64,000 bases of DNA from Bacteroidetes bacterium UBA6661 (GTDB lineage Bacteria > Bacteroidota > Bacteroidia > AKYH767-A > OLB10), in contig DKKR01000071.1 in NCBI GenBank assembly GCA_002455375.1, forward strand, positions 15,632 to 79,631. Direction: 5' to 3'. The notes beneath the pieces were generated by a model, which was given only the letters and a program-made list of their open reading frames with translations, ran no database searches and was not told the origin of the DNA. Position numbers and translations under genes: made by a program. Positions 29,501 through 37,779 of the stretch are shown here, piece after piece. Position 1 is the first letter of the stretch. Every line of letters begins with the position of its first letter.

Positions 29501-30522
29501 GGTGTGTTTGAGTTAACGACCCGAGTGAAATCAGTTGAGGGAGGAGGAGTTGGATAGTTTGACCAATTTGACCATGGCAGATTAATATAAAAAACACCAT
29601 CAGTGCCTGCACCCATAAAAAGTTTTGTTGCATTTGCTGGCTGAAAAAATTCTACACCTCTAAAGCCACTTATATTATTCCCTGAGTAATTTGGAATATT
29701 GAATTTTTTATAGGAATTATTAATATAGTCTCCACTGCCATCCAATTCTATCAGATGGTAGCGGTACTGTGGACCGGATTGATGTGTTACTAATGCATAG
29801 CTTGCCCAGGCAAGCCACTTTCCATCGGGCGACAATTCAAGCTCTTTTGAAAAAACTTCTCCACCTGCATTATAATTAGGATTGGCTGAGGTAGGATAAA
29901 CAGGAACAGAACTACTAACACTGCCATCATTGTGTATAATTAGTTTTTTAATCAATCCTCCTGTGGTATTAATAAATCCTGAGCCACCTAAGAAATAAAG
30001 ATAACGATTATTAGCCGTGTCAATGACTTTGCCTACAGCAATGGCACCAAATTCTGAGCCGAATGGCACGCTGTCTATTGGCAGTGATGATAAGGAATAG
30101 CTATTCATATCAAGCACTGTTTTCCATAGTGCAACAGGATAAATAAGTCCACCGGCTGTTGTAAAAATATTGAACTTTTTATGACAGTAATCATTGTTGC
30201 CAAAAGGCACAACAGCAATTTCTGCACCTCCGTTTGGAATAGCACCTATTTTAGTGTTGTTATAATCATAAACCGTTCCATCGGCAATATAAAACAATAA
30301 GTCTCCTGTGCTTGTATTATCGTAAAAACCGTTGGCAACATGTAAAGCGGTAGCAGCGGTAGTGCTACCAATTGCAGGACTAATGGCGGCAGGAAAAGGA
30401 TTTGGCACTGTCATGTTAATTCTATTTGGTGCAATGTACCAGTTGTTCATTTGTGTTGTTTGCGACAACCCTGTTGTGCAAACAGCAAACATAAAGATTG
30501 CAATTTGTGTTAACGTTTTCAT
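26554..30522 (-). CDS. 1322-aa secreted protein: N-terminal beta-rich region, parallel beta-helix-like repeats, all-alpha domain, T9SS C-terminal sorting domain
   Basis: Signal peptide MKTLTQIAIFMFAVCTTGLSQ. Repeated N/G/I-rich beta-helix-like rungs (for example ITVLGSTFTNNQTGIYVYNINNLKLQSNYFYIGNN, FTIEENHFFRSN). A Leu/Asp/Gln-rich helical block of about 300 aa. CTD is VVPNPASQTTTF...GLYYYTVKDGETKIAKGKITVKK. Confidence 0.8.
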   Translation of the reverse strand: MKTLTQIAIFMFAVCTTGLSQTTQMNNWYIAPNRINMTVPNPFPAAISPAIGSTTAATALHVANGFYDNTSTGDLLFYIADGTVYDYNNTKIGAIPNGGAEIAVVPFGNNDYCHKKFNIFTTAGGLIYPVALWKTVLDMNSYSLSSLPIDSVPFGSEFGAIAVGKVIDTANNRYLYFLGGSGFINTTGGLIKKLIIHNDGSVSSSVPVYPTSANPNYNAGGEVFSKELELSPDGKWLAWASYALVTHQSGPQYRYHLIELDGSGDYINNSYKKFNIPNYSGNNISGFRGVEFFQPANATKLFMGAGTDGVFYINLPWSNWSNYPTPPPSTDFTRVVNSNTPNNFGFSQIELAHSNNGFMYAVADPGSITNNVGAFNPYANTPQILPSPNSFPLSNPPYDLYNLGGVNPNSTMYTLPDQIDGQDYSLITSSPIPHVITTNTINFPDNSSINQNATWSYGATNNPLGASTPIYVLNELRVKQNSNLTINGMMFKFSPNAKVIIEPGSTLTLDGGAVLTSDYLEDPCLIPYTWQGVEVWGNQNNQSQNIVPSVVGKLIVNNATIEYAVCGARAQRNYGSYVNLHRGGIIIATAGAKFKNCLMDVEFLPYQNIYNGIEYSNKSYFAGATFENNIKYVFQATPIHAHIDGCFGIRFVNCDFINFNSQAMFDMLSMGIKSLNANYTVSDGCTFLNLFHAIDAKRTAGNNSITVLGSTFTNNQTGIYVYNINNLKLQSNYFYIGNNFKTGANVQLGISTIFCSGFTIEENHFFRSNPNIATVFKYGISTNSCGQSANQIYKNYFTDMSIGNYSTGINRNPIDTRLTGLQYLCNENTSNDNFDFFISGKGSPFSGIRLLQGTSKISAGNIFSYTGLTGTFTDINNVTAVALSYYFDQSKAPQYYNSQVAPILAAFSNTCPSHICQNCNDLLTNGEIQQMTDSYDSSETAFLNLLYSYNQLLDGGNTNILLNQIQQSWSSNAVDLRDHLMGISPYVSADALREAAGQDIMPPAMLLMVCLANPDATRDEALLEFMQYSIVNSLSQYMVDLIRASWDDGTPRTAIENMLADYNSQMAVISDRLLSDLYAKMTLDMDSIIIGDTTDYSRQIIYWLTRAQTLTAKYDLIENYLAANELTSAELVLSSIPVDFTLSDDQQNAYNDYCYFYSFRNQLQQDSSDLSMLDSTQINQLMSFVQGELSFAKGMAQNALCFYYGMCREDDYSTEEASNRIRYHGNTPKSINTNTTAMNVRIEVVPNPASQTTTFNYFIPTIKEQIVLSVFDMSGKELKQFTVSDKQGTIKWDLGNVGSGLYYYTVKDGETKIAKGKITVKK

Positions 30523-30553
30523 TTTGTTTGGTTTTTGTAGTTTAAATAATATG

Positions 30554-31957
30554 TTATTTATAAATACTTATTTTCTGCGAAACCATTTTGTTGTTCACCA
30601 TTATTGTTGCAACATACATTCCATTGGGCAGATGGCTTAAGTCTATTTGCTCCTTTACGTTATTGCTTAACCTGCATGAATATATACATTGATTCATGAG
30701 GTTGTAAATTTTAAGCTCCGTATTTTTTTGTGGAAGCCCTTTAACCTGAATAGTAAAATTTCCTGAAGATGGATTGGGATAAATGTTAAACTTAAATGGA
30801 TTATTTACTTCTGCAATGCCTGTGCCTGAGTTTACATTGCCCATGCTGTCTGTTTTAATTATATAAGAACCACCAATGCCATTGACAATACCTTGCCCGC
30901 CAATTATGTATCCGTTATCTTTGGTTTGTCTGACAAAAAAACTAAAGTCACCGGTATTTAACTGACCAAAGCGTCTTGACCAAAGCGAATCGCCATTACT
31001 ATCTGTTTTTAATAAATAGATGTCTCCTGCAAAAACTCCGGTTAAGATAAAACCTCCATCGTTAGTTTGATAAATAGAACTTCCTCCACAGCTAATTGTA
31101 TCGCCATAGAGTTTTGTCCAAAGGGTATCTCCAATAGCATTAGTTTTAATAATACCAATATTATATTGAAATGTTGCTGTGTTTTCAACGTAACCTGTTA
31201 TCACAAAACCACTATCATTGGTTTGTTTAATATCTTGAGCTACTTCATGATAGGAAAGATCGTACGATTTTGTCCACAAAGTATCCCCATAAGTATTGGT
31301 GCGAATCATATAAATATCAGAATGGAATGATGGTGTGCCTATCTCACCTGCCATAATAAAGCCACCATCATGAGTTTTCCATATTGAGCCGCCATCAGAG
31401 CTAAAAGGAGTTGTATATACTTTACTCGAAAGTAAAAACCCATTTCCGGTTACTGATATAAAGAAAATATCCGGCATAAAAGACGGAGGTATGTAATATC
31501 CAGACAACCCATAAATAACATTATTAACAGAAGCCATACTGTTTTGCTGCGGTGGTAGTGTTGGTCCTATTCCAACAGAAAAGGTTTTAGTCCATAGTGT
31601 ATCACCATTTGCATCAAGTCGCAAAAGCCAGCTTTTAGAATTTGCTCCTCCATCATAAAGAGCATTCACCATATAACCACTGTCTGGAATTTGCTCTAAA
31701 TAAAGTACTCCTTCAATACTTGGGCCACTATATGTTTTTACCCATTCAATAGTTCCAATTGAATCTAATTTTACTATAATGGCATCGTTGCCATTTAATG
31801 AACATACACCACCATAAATATACCCACCATCATAAGTTTCCTGAATGCAATTGGCACCACCACTACCCAATGTATCAATAATTTTTTCGAAAGTATTTTG
31901 GGCAAATAGTGTTGTATTGCAAAAAAGCAATGTAATAAATAAGGCAATCTTTTTCAT
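30554..31957 (-). CDS. 467-aa secreted repeat (beta-propeller-like) protein with T9SS C-terminal sorting domain
   Basis: Signal peptide MKKIALFITLLFCNTTLFAQ. At least 5 spaced repeats of a GDTLW[TS]K-type motif (IGTIEWVKTY, NGDTLWTKTF, YGDTLWTKSY, IGDTLWTKLY, NGDSLWSRRF). CTD is IYPNPSSGNFTI...GMYVATIMVNNKMVSQKISIYK. Confidence 0.8.
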   Translation of the reverse strand: MKKIALFITLLFCNTTLFAQNTFEKIIDTLGSGGANCIQETYDGGYIYGGVCSLNGNDAIIVKLDSIGTIEWVKTYSGPSIEGVLYLEQIPDSGYMVNALYDGGANSKSWLLRLDANGDTLWTKTFSVGIGPTLPPQQNSMASVNNVIYGLSGYYIPPSFMPDIFFISVTGNGFLLSSKVYTTPFSSDGGSIWKTHDGGFIMAGEIGTPSFHSDIYMIRTNTYGDTLWTKSYDLSYHEVAQDIKQTNDSGFVITGYVENTATFQYNIGIIKTNAIGDTLWTKLYGDTISCGGSSIYQTNDGGFILTGVFAGDIYLLKTDSNGDSLWSRRFGQLNTGDFSFFVRQTKDNGYIIGGQGIVNGIGGSYIIKTDSMGNVNSGTGIAEVNNPFKFNIYPNPSSGNFTIQVKGLPQKNTELKIYNLMNQCIYSCRLSNNVKEQIDLSHLPNGMYVATIMVNNKMVSQKISIYK

Positions 31958-32192
31958 GTTTAATACGGCTTAAAGTTGAATGTAAATGTATAAGAAAATT
32001 TAATAGAAATAGCAAAAAGTATTTTAAATAATTTATTTCATTAACTTTGATTTACCGGATAGCAAGTATTATTGACACATTCTACTTGCAAGTATGTGTG
32101 TTGATGTTGAAAGTATTTAGGCCTTTGTTCAACCCAAATCACCAATTGTTTTTAATTATAATACCTGAAATTATGGAAAACAAAAAAAGCAA

Positions 32193-32591
32193 CTACTCCT
32201 GATTACTGCTGTCAATAACTTCGTCAGAAGGCAAGTCCACAGAGTTGTCTTTGTATTGCTTTGTGTAATAAAGATATTTTCCAACGCCTGTGCAGGCATA
32301 GCCTGATATGGTGTCTCCCGGCAAAAGCTGTGTTCTTGTAAAAGTGCGCCAGCGTTTTGATTTTTCCTGAACCGCTAATTTAACGGCAAGTGTATCGTTA
32401 CATGTATTTACAAACCAAACTTTATAAGGTTTTGTTGATGCAGGACATGATAATGTTTCGGCACCAAATTTTTTATTTACTTTTTGTAAGCATTGTCCGT
32501 AGTCTTTTCCATCCTGCTTAGTTTTGAAAGCAGAAAAAAGTACCACTGCACCAATCAGTATTAAAAAAACAAATTCACGCATTCTGATCAT
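32193..32591 (-). CDS. hypothetical small secreted/membrane-anchored protein (132 aa, 4+ Cys)
   Basis: N-terminal hydrophobic segment FVFLILIGAVVLFSAF. ATGA start/stop overlap with the upstream TPR gene. No recognisable family motif. Confidence 0.55.
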   Translation of the reverse strand: MIRMREFVFLILIGAVVLFSAFKTKQDGKDYGQCLQKVNKKFGAETLSCPASTKPYKVWFVNTCNDTLAVKLAVQEKSKRWRTFTRTQLLPGDTISGYACTGVGKYLYYTKQYKDNSVDLPSDEVIDSSNQE

Positions 32592-33154
32592 TTACAATAA
32601 TTGTTTTTAAGAATGATTTTTGCTTCTTCATTGCCTAATTTTTTTGATTTGTTCCAATCTTCACATGCACCTTTAATATCGCCAAGCATTTTTTTGGCAA
32701 AACCTCTGTTGTTATATGCTTCTGCATCTTCAGGTTTCAGCTCTAATGCTTTATTAAAATCTACAATGGCTTTATCATACTTTTCAATTTTATTATATGC
32801 ACTGCCTCTTGAAACATAAGCCCATTCATGATTAGGTTCATAAAAAATTACATCTGTAAAGTTGCCAATAGCTTCAGTATATTTTTTTAAGATTGTGTTG
32901 CAAAATCCTTGTTGTAAAATTGCATTTACATTTGCAACATCCATGTTTGCCACGTAGGTGTAGTCCAACAATGCTTCCTGATATTTACCATTATTAAATT
33001 TTATTTTACCCTGATTCATCAGTGAGTCAATGCGCATTTTAAAATCAGCTGAGTCAACCTGTGCATTTGCCTGAAAACAAAAGCCGGACAACAATACAAT
33101 GAACAATATTTTAGCATTATTCAAAAGGTTCTGAATTTTCATAATTTTTATCAT
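32588..33154 (-). CDS. tetratricopeptide (TPR) repeat protein, secreted
   Basis: Signal peptide ILFIVLLSGFCFQANAQ. Consecutive 34-aa TPR-like units (for example AYVSRGSAYNKIEKYDKAIVDFNKALELKPEDAEAYNNRGFAKKMLGD). Confidence 0.7.
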   Translation of the reverse strand: MIKIMKIQNLLNNAKILFIVLLSGFCFQANAQVDSADFKMRIDSLMNQGKIKFNNGKYQEALLDYTYVANMDVANVNAILQQGFCNTILKKYTEAIGNFTDVIFYEPNHEWAYVSRGSAYNKIEKYDKAIVDFNKALELKPEDAEAYNNRGFAKKMLGDIKGACEDWNKSKKLGNEEAKIILKNNYCK

Positions 33155-33605
33155 TTATCAAACGTATTAAATGTTGAAAAGCTTTTACCAATCCATCGTT
33201 GGTTTTTTGTCCATAAGAAACAGGAAAACTTATGCGGCTGTAAAAAAGTCTTTTGCCTAAGAACTCACGGGTGACACATTTCTTTTGTGGATTGGTACAG
33301 TTGATAAGTAACATGCCTGCTTTAGCATTGTAGTAAACCTTATTGGCATCAAGTTCTTTTATAGACGATTGGTCCTCCCTGTATTTAGTTTCTCCGTCAA
33401 AATAACTTGCTATTAGGACACCATAGTTGATAGATACCACATATTTCCCACCAAATTTCTGATTAATATAGTCGAGCGTTTGTTGTACTGTAATGTTTTC
33501 CTGTGCTTTGATTGCAGGTGAAAAAACACTAAGTATGAGAAGCAAAAGAAAAAACTTTCTTCTTTTACTGAACTCTTTATTGATTTTATCGTAAACCACG
33601 CACAT
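33117..33605 (-). CDS. hypothetical secreted protein (162 aa)
   Basis: Signal-like segment FFLLLLILSVFSPAIKAQ. Its 3' end overlaps the TPR gene start by at least 26 nt. No recognisable family motif. Confidence 0.55.
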   Translation of the reverse strand: MCVVYDKINKEFSKRRKFFLLLLILSVFSPAIKAQENITVQQTLDYINQKFGGKYVVSINYGVLIASYFDGETKYREDQSSIKELDANKVYYNAKAGMLLINCTNPQKKCVTREFLGKRLFYSRISFPVSYGQKTNDGLVKAFQHLIRLINDKNYENSEPFE

Positions 33606-33644
33606 TCTTATTCAGAAATTAGGACTATCGTTTAAACTATTAAC

Positions 33645-33652
33645 TAATTTTG
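33645..33652 (+). promoter_or_regulatory. candidate -7 promoter box (TAnnTTTG) for the 399-aa gene
   Basis: TAATTTTG, 40 nt upstream of the ATG at 33692, in the divergent intergenic region. Confidence 0.3.
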
Positions 33653-33691
33653 TATCGGTATTGATGCTTTTTTAACGGAATAAAATTACAA

Positions 33692-34891
33692 ATGTTTGGC
33701 ATTGGGCAAAGAATTCATTTAGTTCCTGTAGGGCTTTTTCTCACTATCTTCATGTTTATATATGGCGATTCCACTGCACAGACAAAGAAGACATTAACCA
33801 TCAATGCTAAGTTTAAGATTGATGGAGGAGGAAATTTAAGCGATGCCTACATGGTTTTGCAGCGTGATGGTCAGTCAATAGAAACACTGCCAGGCCAGTC
33901 ATCCTATACTTTAAATCTTGAAATAGGGGCAGATTATATTTTATCATTTAACAAGCCTGGATACATCACAAAAAAGATAAATATTAATACAACAGGTGCC
34001 GATGAAGAAAGGATTGAACAGGGTTTTGAATCCTATCCCTTTACGGTAGTGTTGATGAAGCAATATGAAGGCGTAAATATTGTTGTTTTTAATCAACCTG
34101 TTGCGAAAATTACTTATTCAAAAAGGTTTGATGAGTTTGATTACGATACTGATTACACCAAGTCAATTCAGTCGGCAATTCAAAAGGCAGAAGATGATTT
34201 GAAGAAAGCAGAGAAGGAGTTTAAAAAGAATCCGCCCAAACCTGCCAAAGACAGTACTTTAGTTGCAAACAAACCTAAGGCAGAAGAAGTAAAACCGCAG
34301 AAAGAAAAAACCAAAACTGCACCACAGGAAGAACCGGTTGCTGTAAAAGAAAAAAGAAAGGATGATGATGCGAAGAATGAGTCTAAAAATGCCACCAAAA
34401 ATGCTTTAGCTACTGGTGGACAAGACCAACCGCTAAAGCCAACAAAAGGTGGAGGAAGTGATGATCCCGAAGGTAATCTCGACAGAGAAAAAGGTGCAGA
34501 TCAAAAATCAGATATAGACCTGACTGTTGGCAATGATGCTATTAAAAATAAAATTAGTTTAACAAAGGGCTCTGACCAGTCACCGGTAGAGGCTCCTGCT
34601 GAGTCACATCCGGTAGTTATTAAAGCTGCTGAAAAGCCTTTGCCTGAAAAACCAAAAGAGGTAGTAGTTCATACAGCACCCGAACCTCCCGAAAATGTTT
34701 CAGTAAGAAGAGAACAAATTGCAGAGGACAAAAAAACTGTTTACAATGTGTGGGTTACTAAAGGCAATAAAACAGTGCTTTATAGTAAAGTCGTTTATGC
34801 ATGGGGTGGTGTTTACTTTTTTCGCGACCTGAACACTTCTATTTCTGAAAACATGTACAAACAAGCCGATGCAGGATTAGTGAATTTCTAA
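33692..34891 (+). CDS. hypothetical secreted protein with N-terminal beta-sandwich-like domain and long Lys/Glu/Pro-rich low-complexity linker
   Basis: Signal peptide ending STAQ. Residues at about 35-125 resemble a carboxypeptidase-regulatory-like fold (TLNLEIGADYILSFNKPGYITKKININT). Residues at about 165-330 are charged and low in complexity. Compact C-terminal ~60 aa (VYNVWVTKGNKTVLYSKVVYAWGGVYFFRD). Confidence 0.65.
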   Translation: MFGIGQRIHLVPVGLFLTIFMFIYGDSTAQTKKTLTINAKFKIDGGGNLSDAYMVLQRDGQSIETLPGQSSYTLNLEIGADYILSFNKPGYITKKININTTGADEERIEQGFESYPFTVVLMKQYEGVNIVVFNQPVAKITYSKRFDEFDYDTDYTKSIQSAIQKAEDDLKKAEKEFKKNPPKPAKDSTLVANKPKAEEVKPQKEKTKTAPQEEPVAVKEKRKDDDAKNESKNATKNALATGGQDQPLKPTKGGGSDDPEGNLDREKGADQKSDIDLTVGNDAIKNKISLTKGSDQSPVEAPAESHPVVIKAAEKPLPEKPKEVVVHTAPEPPENVSVRREQIAEDKKTVYNVWVTKGNKTVLYSKVVYAWGGVYFFRDLNTSISENMYKQADAGLVNF

Positions 34892-34915
34892 GCGTTTTTT
34901 CAACTGAAAAAACGC
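34892..34915. terminator. palindromic terminator hairpin immediately after the 399-aa gene
   Basis: GCGTTTTTT-caactg-AAAAAACGC (9-bp stem), starting 1 nt after the TAA stop. Confidence 0.55.
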
Positions 34916-35214
34916 ATTAGTTTACCTTTCGTTTTCAGACATTCACCCAACTTAATATGTTTTGGAGTTTAGTGGCTTTTAAATTGCCTTGAGAAAATAA
35001 ACACAGTAATAAAATGTTGAATACATATTTCTGCATGAATCTGTTCAAGCCACAAAATGACAGTCAGGTTTCATTACTTGAAGATATTAAAACACTGCGT
35101 TCTATAAAAGGGAACACATCACGGTTTACTATTCTTCGTTCTGTAGCTAAAACAAGAAAACACACACGTACAGTCTATCCTGATGGATGGAGATTTGAAT
35201 AGTCCGTAGAAACA

Positions 35215-36513
35215 TTATTGCTTGACAAATAATCTGCTATTGCTAAAGGTATTGGCATTAATATGTAGCGTGTAAAGGCCTTTGGTTAAACGGCTGATAT
35301 CAATTTTATGTTTTATGTTTTTGTTTATTGGCAATGATATTATTTTGCGTCCATACATATCAGAAATTTCAACTGTAGCATTGGTTAAAATATTGAGTTG
35401 TGTTAAGTCAACAACTATTTCATCTGTGGCCGGATTGGGATAAAGGTTCAAAGAACTTTGTAAATCGGCTAATCCAACAGTTCGGGAAATGGTGTCTGAA
35501 AAAGCCATACAACCATTGGTATCTGTAAAAGTTAAAAAATAATAACCATTGGTGCTGACAGGCATGTAGTTGAATGCTGAAGGAATGTCGGAATAAGTTA
35601 TTCCATCAACAGAAAAATACCAGATGAAATTACTGCCATTTATGTTGGATAGAAGGGTGTCGTTGGCTGCAGAAAAGGTAAGTTGTGCCATTTGCTCCGG
35701 ATAAACAGTTACAGATATAGGGGCACTGCTTCTTGAACAACCTGACAAATTTGTGATTACAACAAAATAATTGCCACTGCTATCAATGGTAGTACAATTA
35801 AGAGCAGACCCATTCGACCAGAGAAAAGTGCTTGTGAGAGAACCTGCAATGGAACATAACTCAACACTGTCGCCATGGCAAAATGTTAAGCTGCCATTAA
35901 TGTTGATAGTGGTATCGGGAAAGTCTTCAACAGCCATGACATTCCAAATAATGGAGTTGGTGGATGCGCAACCTAACTGATTGGTAACAATGCACGGTGG
36001 ACAAGGGTAATTCATTGTGGATTGATAGCCATAGACACATTCTGTTGTGTCTCCGTTGTCCCACAAGTAACTTATAATTGTGTTGGTAGTTGAAGTATCT
36101 GTTGCACAAAAAATAATAGTATCGCCAGGACAAACCCCCAATGCCTGTATACTTACACCGGCAAAAGGAATTTCGTACGAGTCAACCAAAACACTATCTA
36201 CTGCCACACAACCGCTACTGTCCGTAGCCGTTACAACATAATATCCATTGTTAGACAAATCTTTTGCAGATATAAAGGAACCATTGCTTGCATTGTAGTT
36301 AAAATTTGGTGGACAGTTGTTGTTTGGGCATGTCCATTGATAGGTTGTAGTAAAATTATTAGGGAAGGATTCCAGAATGACATCTTTTCCGGCACATCGC
36401 CCTTGTGAACCTACAGAGTAGGTTACTGAAGCTTGTACTGTACATGTTGTTTGAGCGGTGGCATTAAAAAACGCCATTAACAGTACAACTGCTATAGTTA
36501 GTTCTTTTTTCAT
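35215..36513 (-). CDS. Cys-rich Ig-like repeat protein with T9SS C-terminal sorting domain
   Basis: I prefer the start at MKKELTIAVVLLMAFFNATAQ (ATG 36513). Repeated C..G..V.L...Y.W..G...GNY.V...D..GC modules. CTD is LYPNPATDEIVV...KGLYTLHINANTFSNSRLFVKQ. Confidence 0.8.
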   Translation of the reverse strand: MKKELTIAVVLLMAFFNATAQTTCTVQASVTYSVGSQGRCAGKDVILESFPNNFTTTYQWTCPNNNCPPNFNYNASNGSFISAKDLSNNGYYVVTATDSSGCVAVDSVLVDSYEIPFAGVSIQALGVCPGDTIIFCATDTSTTNTIISYLWDNGDTTECVYGYQSTMNYPCPPCIVTNQLGCASTNSIIWNVMAVEDFPDTTININGSLTFCHGDSVELCSIAGSLTSTFLWSNGSALNCTTIDSSGNYFVVITNLSGCSRSSAPISVTVYPEQMAQLTFSAANDTLLSNINGSNFIWYFSVDGITYSDIPSAFNYMPVSTNGYYFLTFTDTNGCMAFSDTISRTVGLADLQSSLNLYPNPATDEIVVDLTQLNILTNATVEISDMYGRKIISLPINKNIKHKIDISRLTKGLYTLHINANTFSNSRLFVKQ

Positions 36514-36606
36514 TGCTTGATGTTTTATTGTTAGCAATAATAATACTAACAAGTCAGATTAACAAATTTTCAGCAATGAAAACTCAAAAATAAGCGTTAA
36601 GAAAGT

Positions 36607-37749
36607 TTATTTTACTGCAGCCTTTACCACAAACAATGCTTTAAGTTTATCCATACAGAAATCAATTTCAGCTTTTGTGTTATAGCGCGAAAAAGAAAAA
36701 CGGACAGCAGGTCTTTCAGGGTCAGAATTAATTCCACGTAATACATGTGAACCAATCTCACTACCTGATGAACAGGCACTGCCGCCTGATGCTGCAATAC
36801 CTGAAATATCAAGATTAAAAAGTAACATGTCTTTTCCTTCAAAAGGTGGAAATGAAACATTGAGTACAGTAAATAAACTATTTTCACTCACATCTCCATT
36901 AAAACTCACTCCTGGAATTTCATCCAGTAGCTGTTGCTTCATATACTCTTTTAAACCTAATATATGTTTGCGTTCTTCGTCTAATTCTGCATAAGCCAAC
37001 TCCAATGCTTTAGCCATACCAACAATACCATAAGCGTTTTCTGTTCCACCACGCATGTTGCGCTCTTGTGCACCGCCTGTAATTAACGGGTGTATCTTTA
37101 GTTTGTGATTGATGTAAAGAAAGCCTACACCTTTGGGGCCATGAAATTTATGCGCAGCACAGGTGAAAAAATCTACATTCAGGTTTGATATATCCAGAGG
37201 AATATGACCCATTGTCTGCACTGTATCGCAGTGAAAAATTGCATTGTATTTTTTACATAATTCACCTATGAGGTAAATATTATTAACAGTTCCCAATTCA
37301 TTGTTGGCATGCATTAATGATACAAATGAACGTGGATTGTTTTTTAGTAATTCTTCAAGATGCTCATAGTCGGCTTCGCCTTTATCGTTAAGTTTTACCC
37401 AGCTAAGTTTAATGATACCTTCTTTTTCTAAATCTTCCAAAGTATGCGTAACGGCATGATGTTCGATGGGAGAAGAAATGGCATGTGTAATTTTGTGATC
37501 GTGAATGGTGCAACGTATAGCCATATTGTTAGCCTCGGTTCCACCTGATGTAAAAAATATTTCTGACGGAGCAACTTTTAATAATGTAGCAATTGTTTTT
37601 CGTGCTTTCTCAATTGCCGATCGCATTTCCCTTCCAAAAGAATGGATGGATGATGGATTACCATATACCTTTTGCATTACAGGTAGCATGGCTTCAATAA
37701 CTTCCTGTCTTAGTGGCGTTGTTGCAGCATTGTCAAAATAAACTTTCAT
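36607..37749 (-). CDS. cysteine desulfurase (NifS/IscS family)
   Basis: MKVYFDNAATTP N-terminus, SGGTEANN, PLP-lysine motif AAHKFHGPKGVG, active-site loop GGSACSSG. Confidence 0.85.
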   Translation of the reverse strand: MKVYFDNAATTPLRQEVIEAMLPVMQKVYGNPSSIHSFGREMRSAIEKARKTIATLLKVAPSEIFFTSGGTEANNMAIRCTIHDHKITHAISSPIEHHAVTHTLEDLEKEGIIKLSWVKLNDKGEADYEHLEELLKNNPRSFVSLMHANNELGTVNNIYLIGELCKKYNAIFHCDTVQTMGHIPLDISNLNVDFFTCAAHKFHGPKGVGFLYINHKLKIHPLITGGAQERNMRGGTENAYGIVGMAKALELAYAELDEERKHILGLKEYMKQQLLDEIPGVSFNGDVSENSLFTVLNVSFPPFEGKDMLLFNLDISGIAASGGSACSSGSEIGSHVLRGINSDPERPAVRFSFSRYNTKAEIDFCMDKLKALFVVKAAVK

Positions 37750-37779
37750 TGTTTGAGTATTGATTAAGTGTGATGTGGG

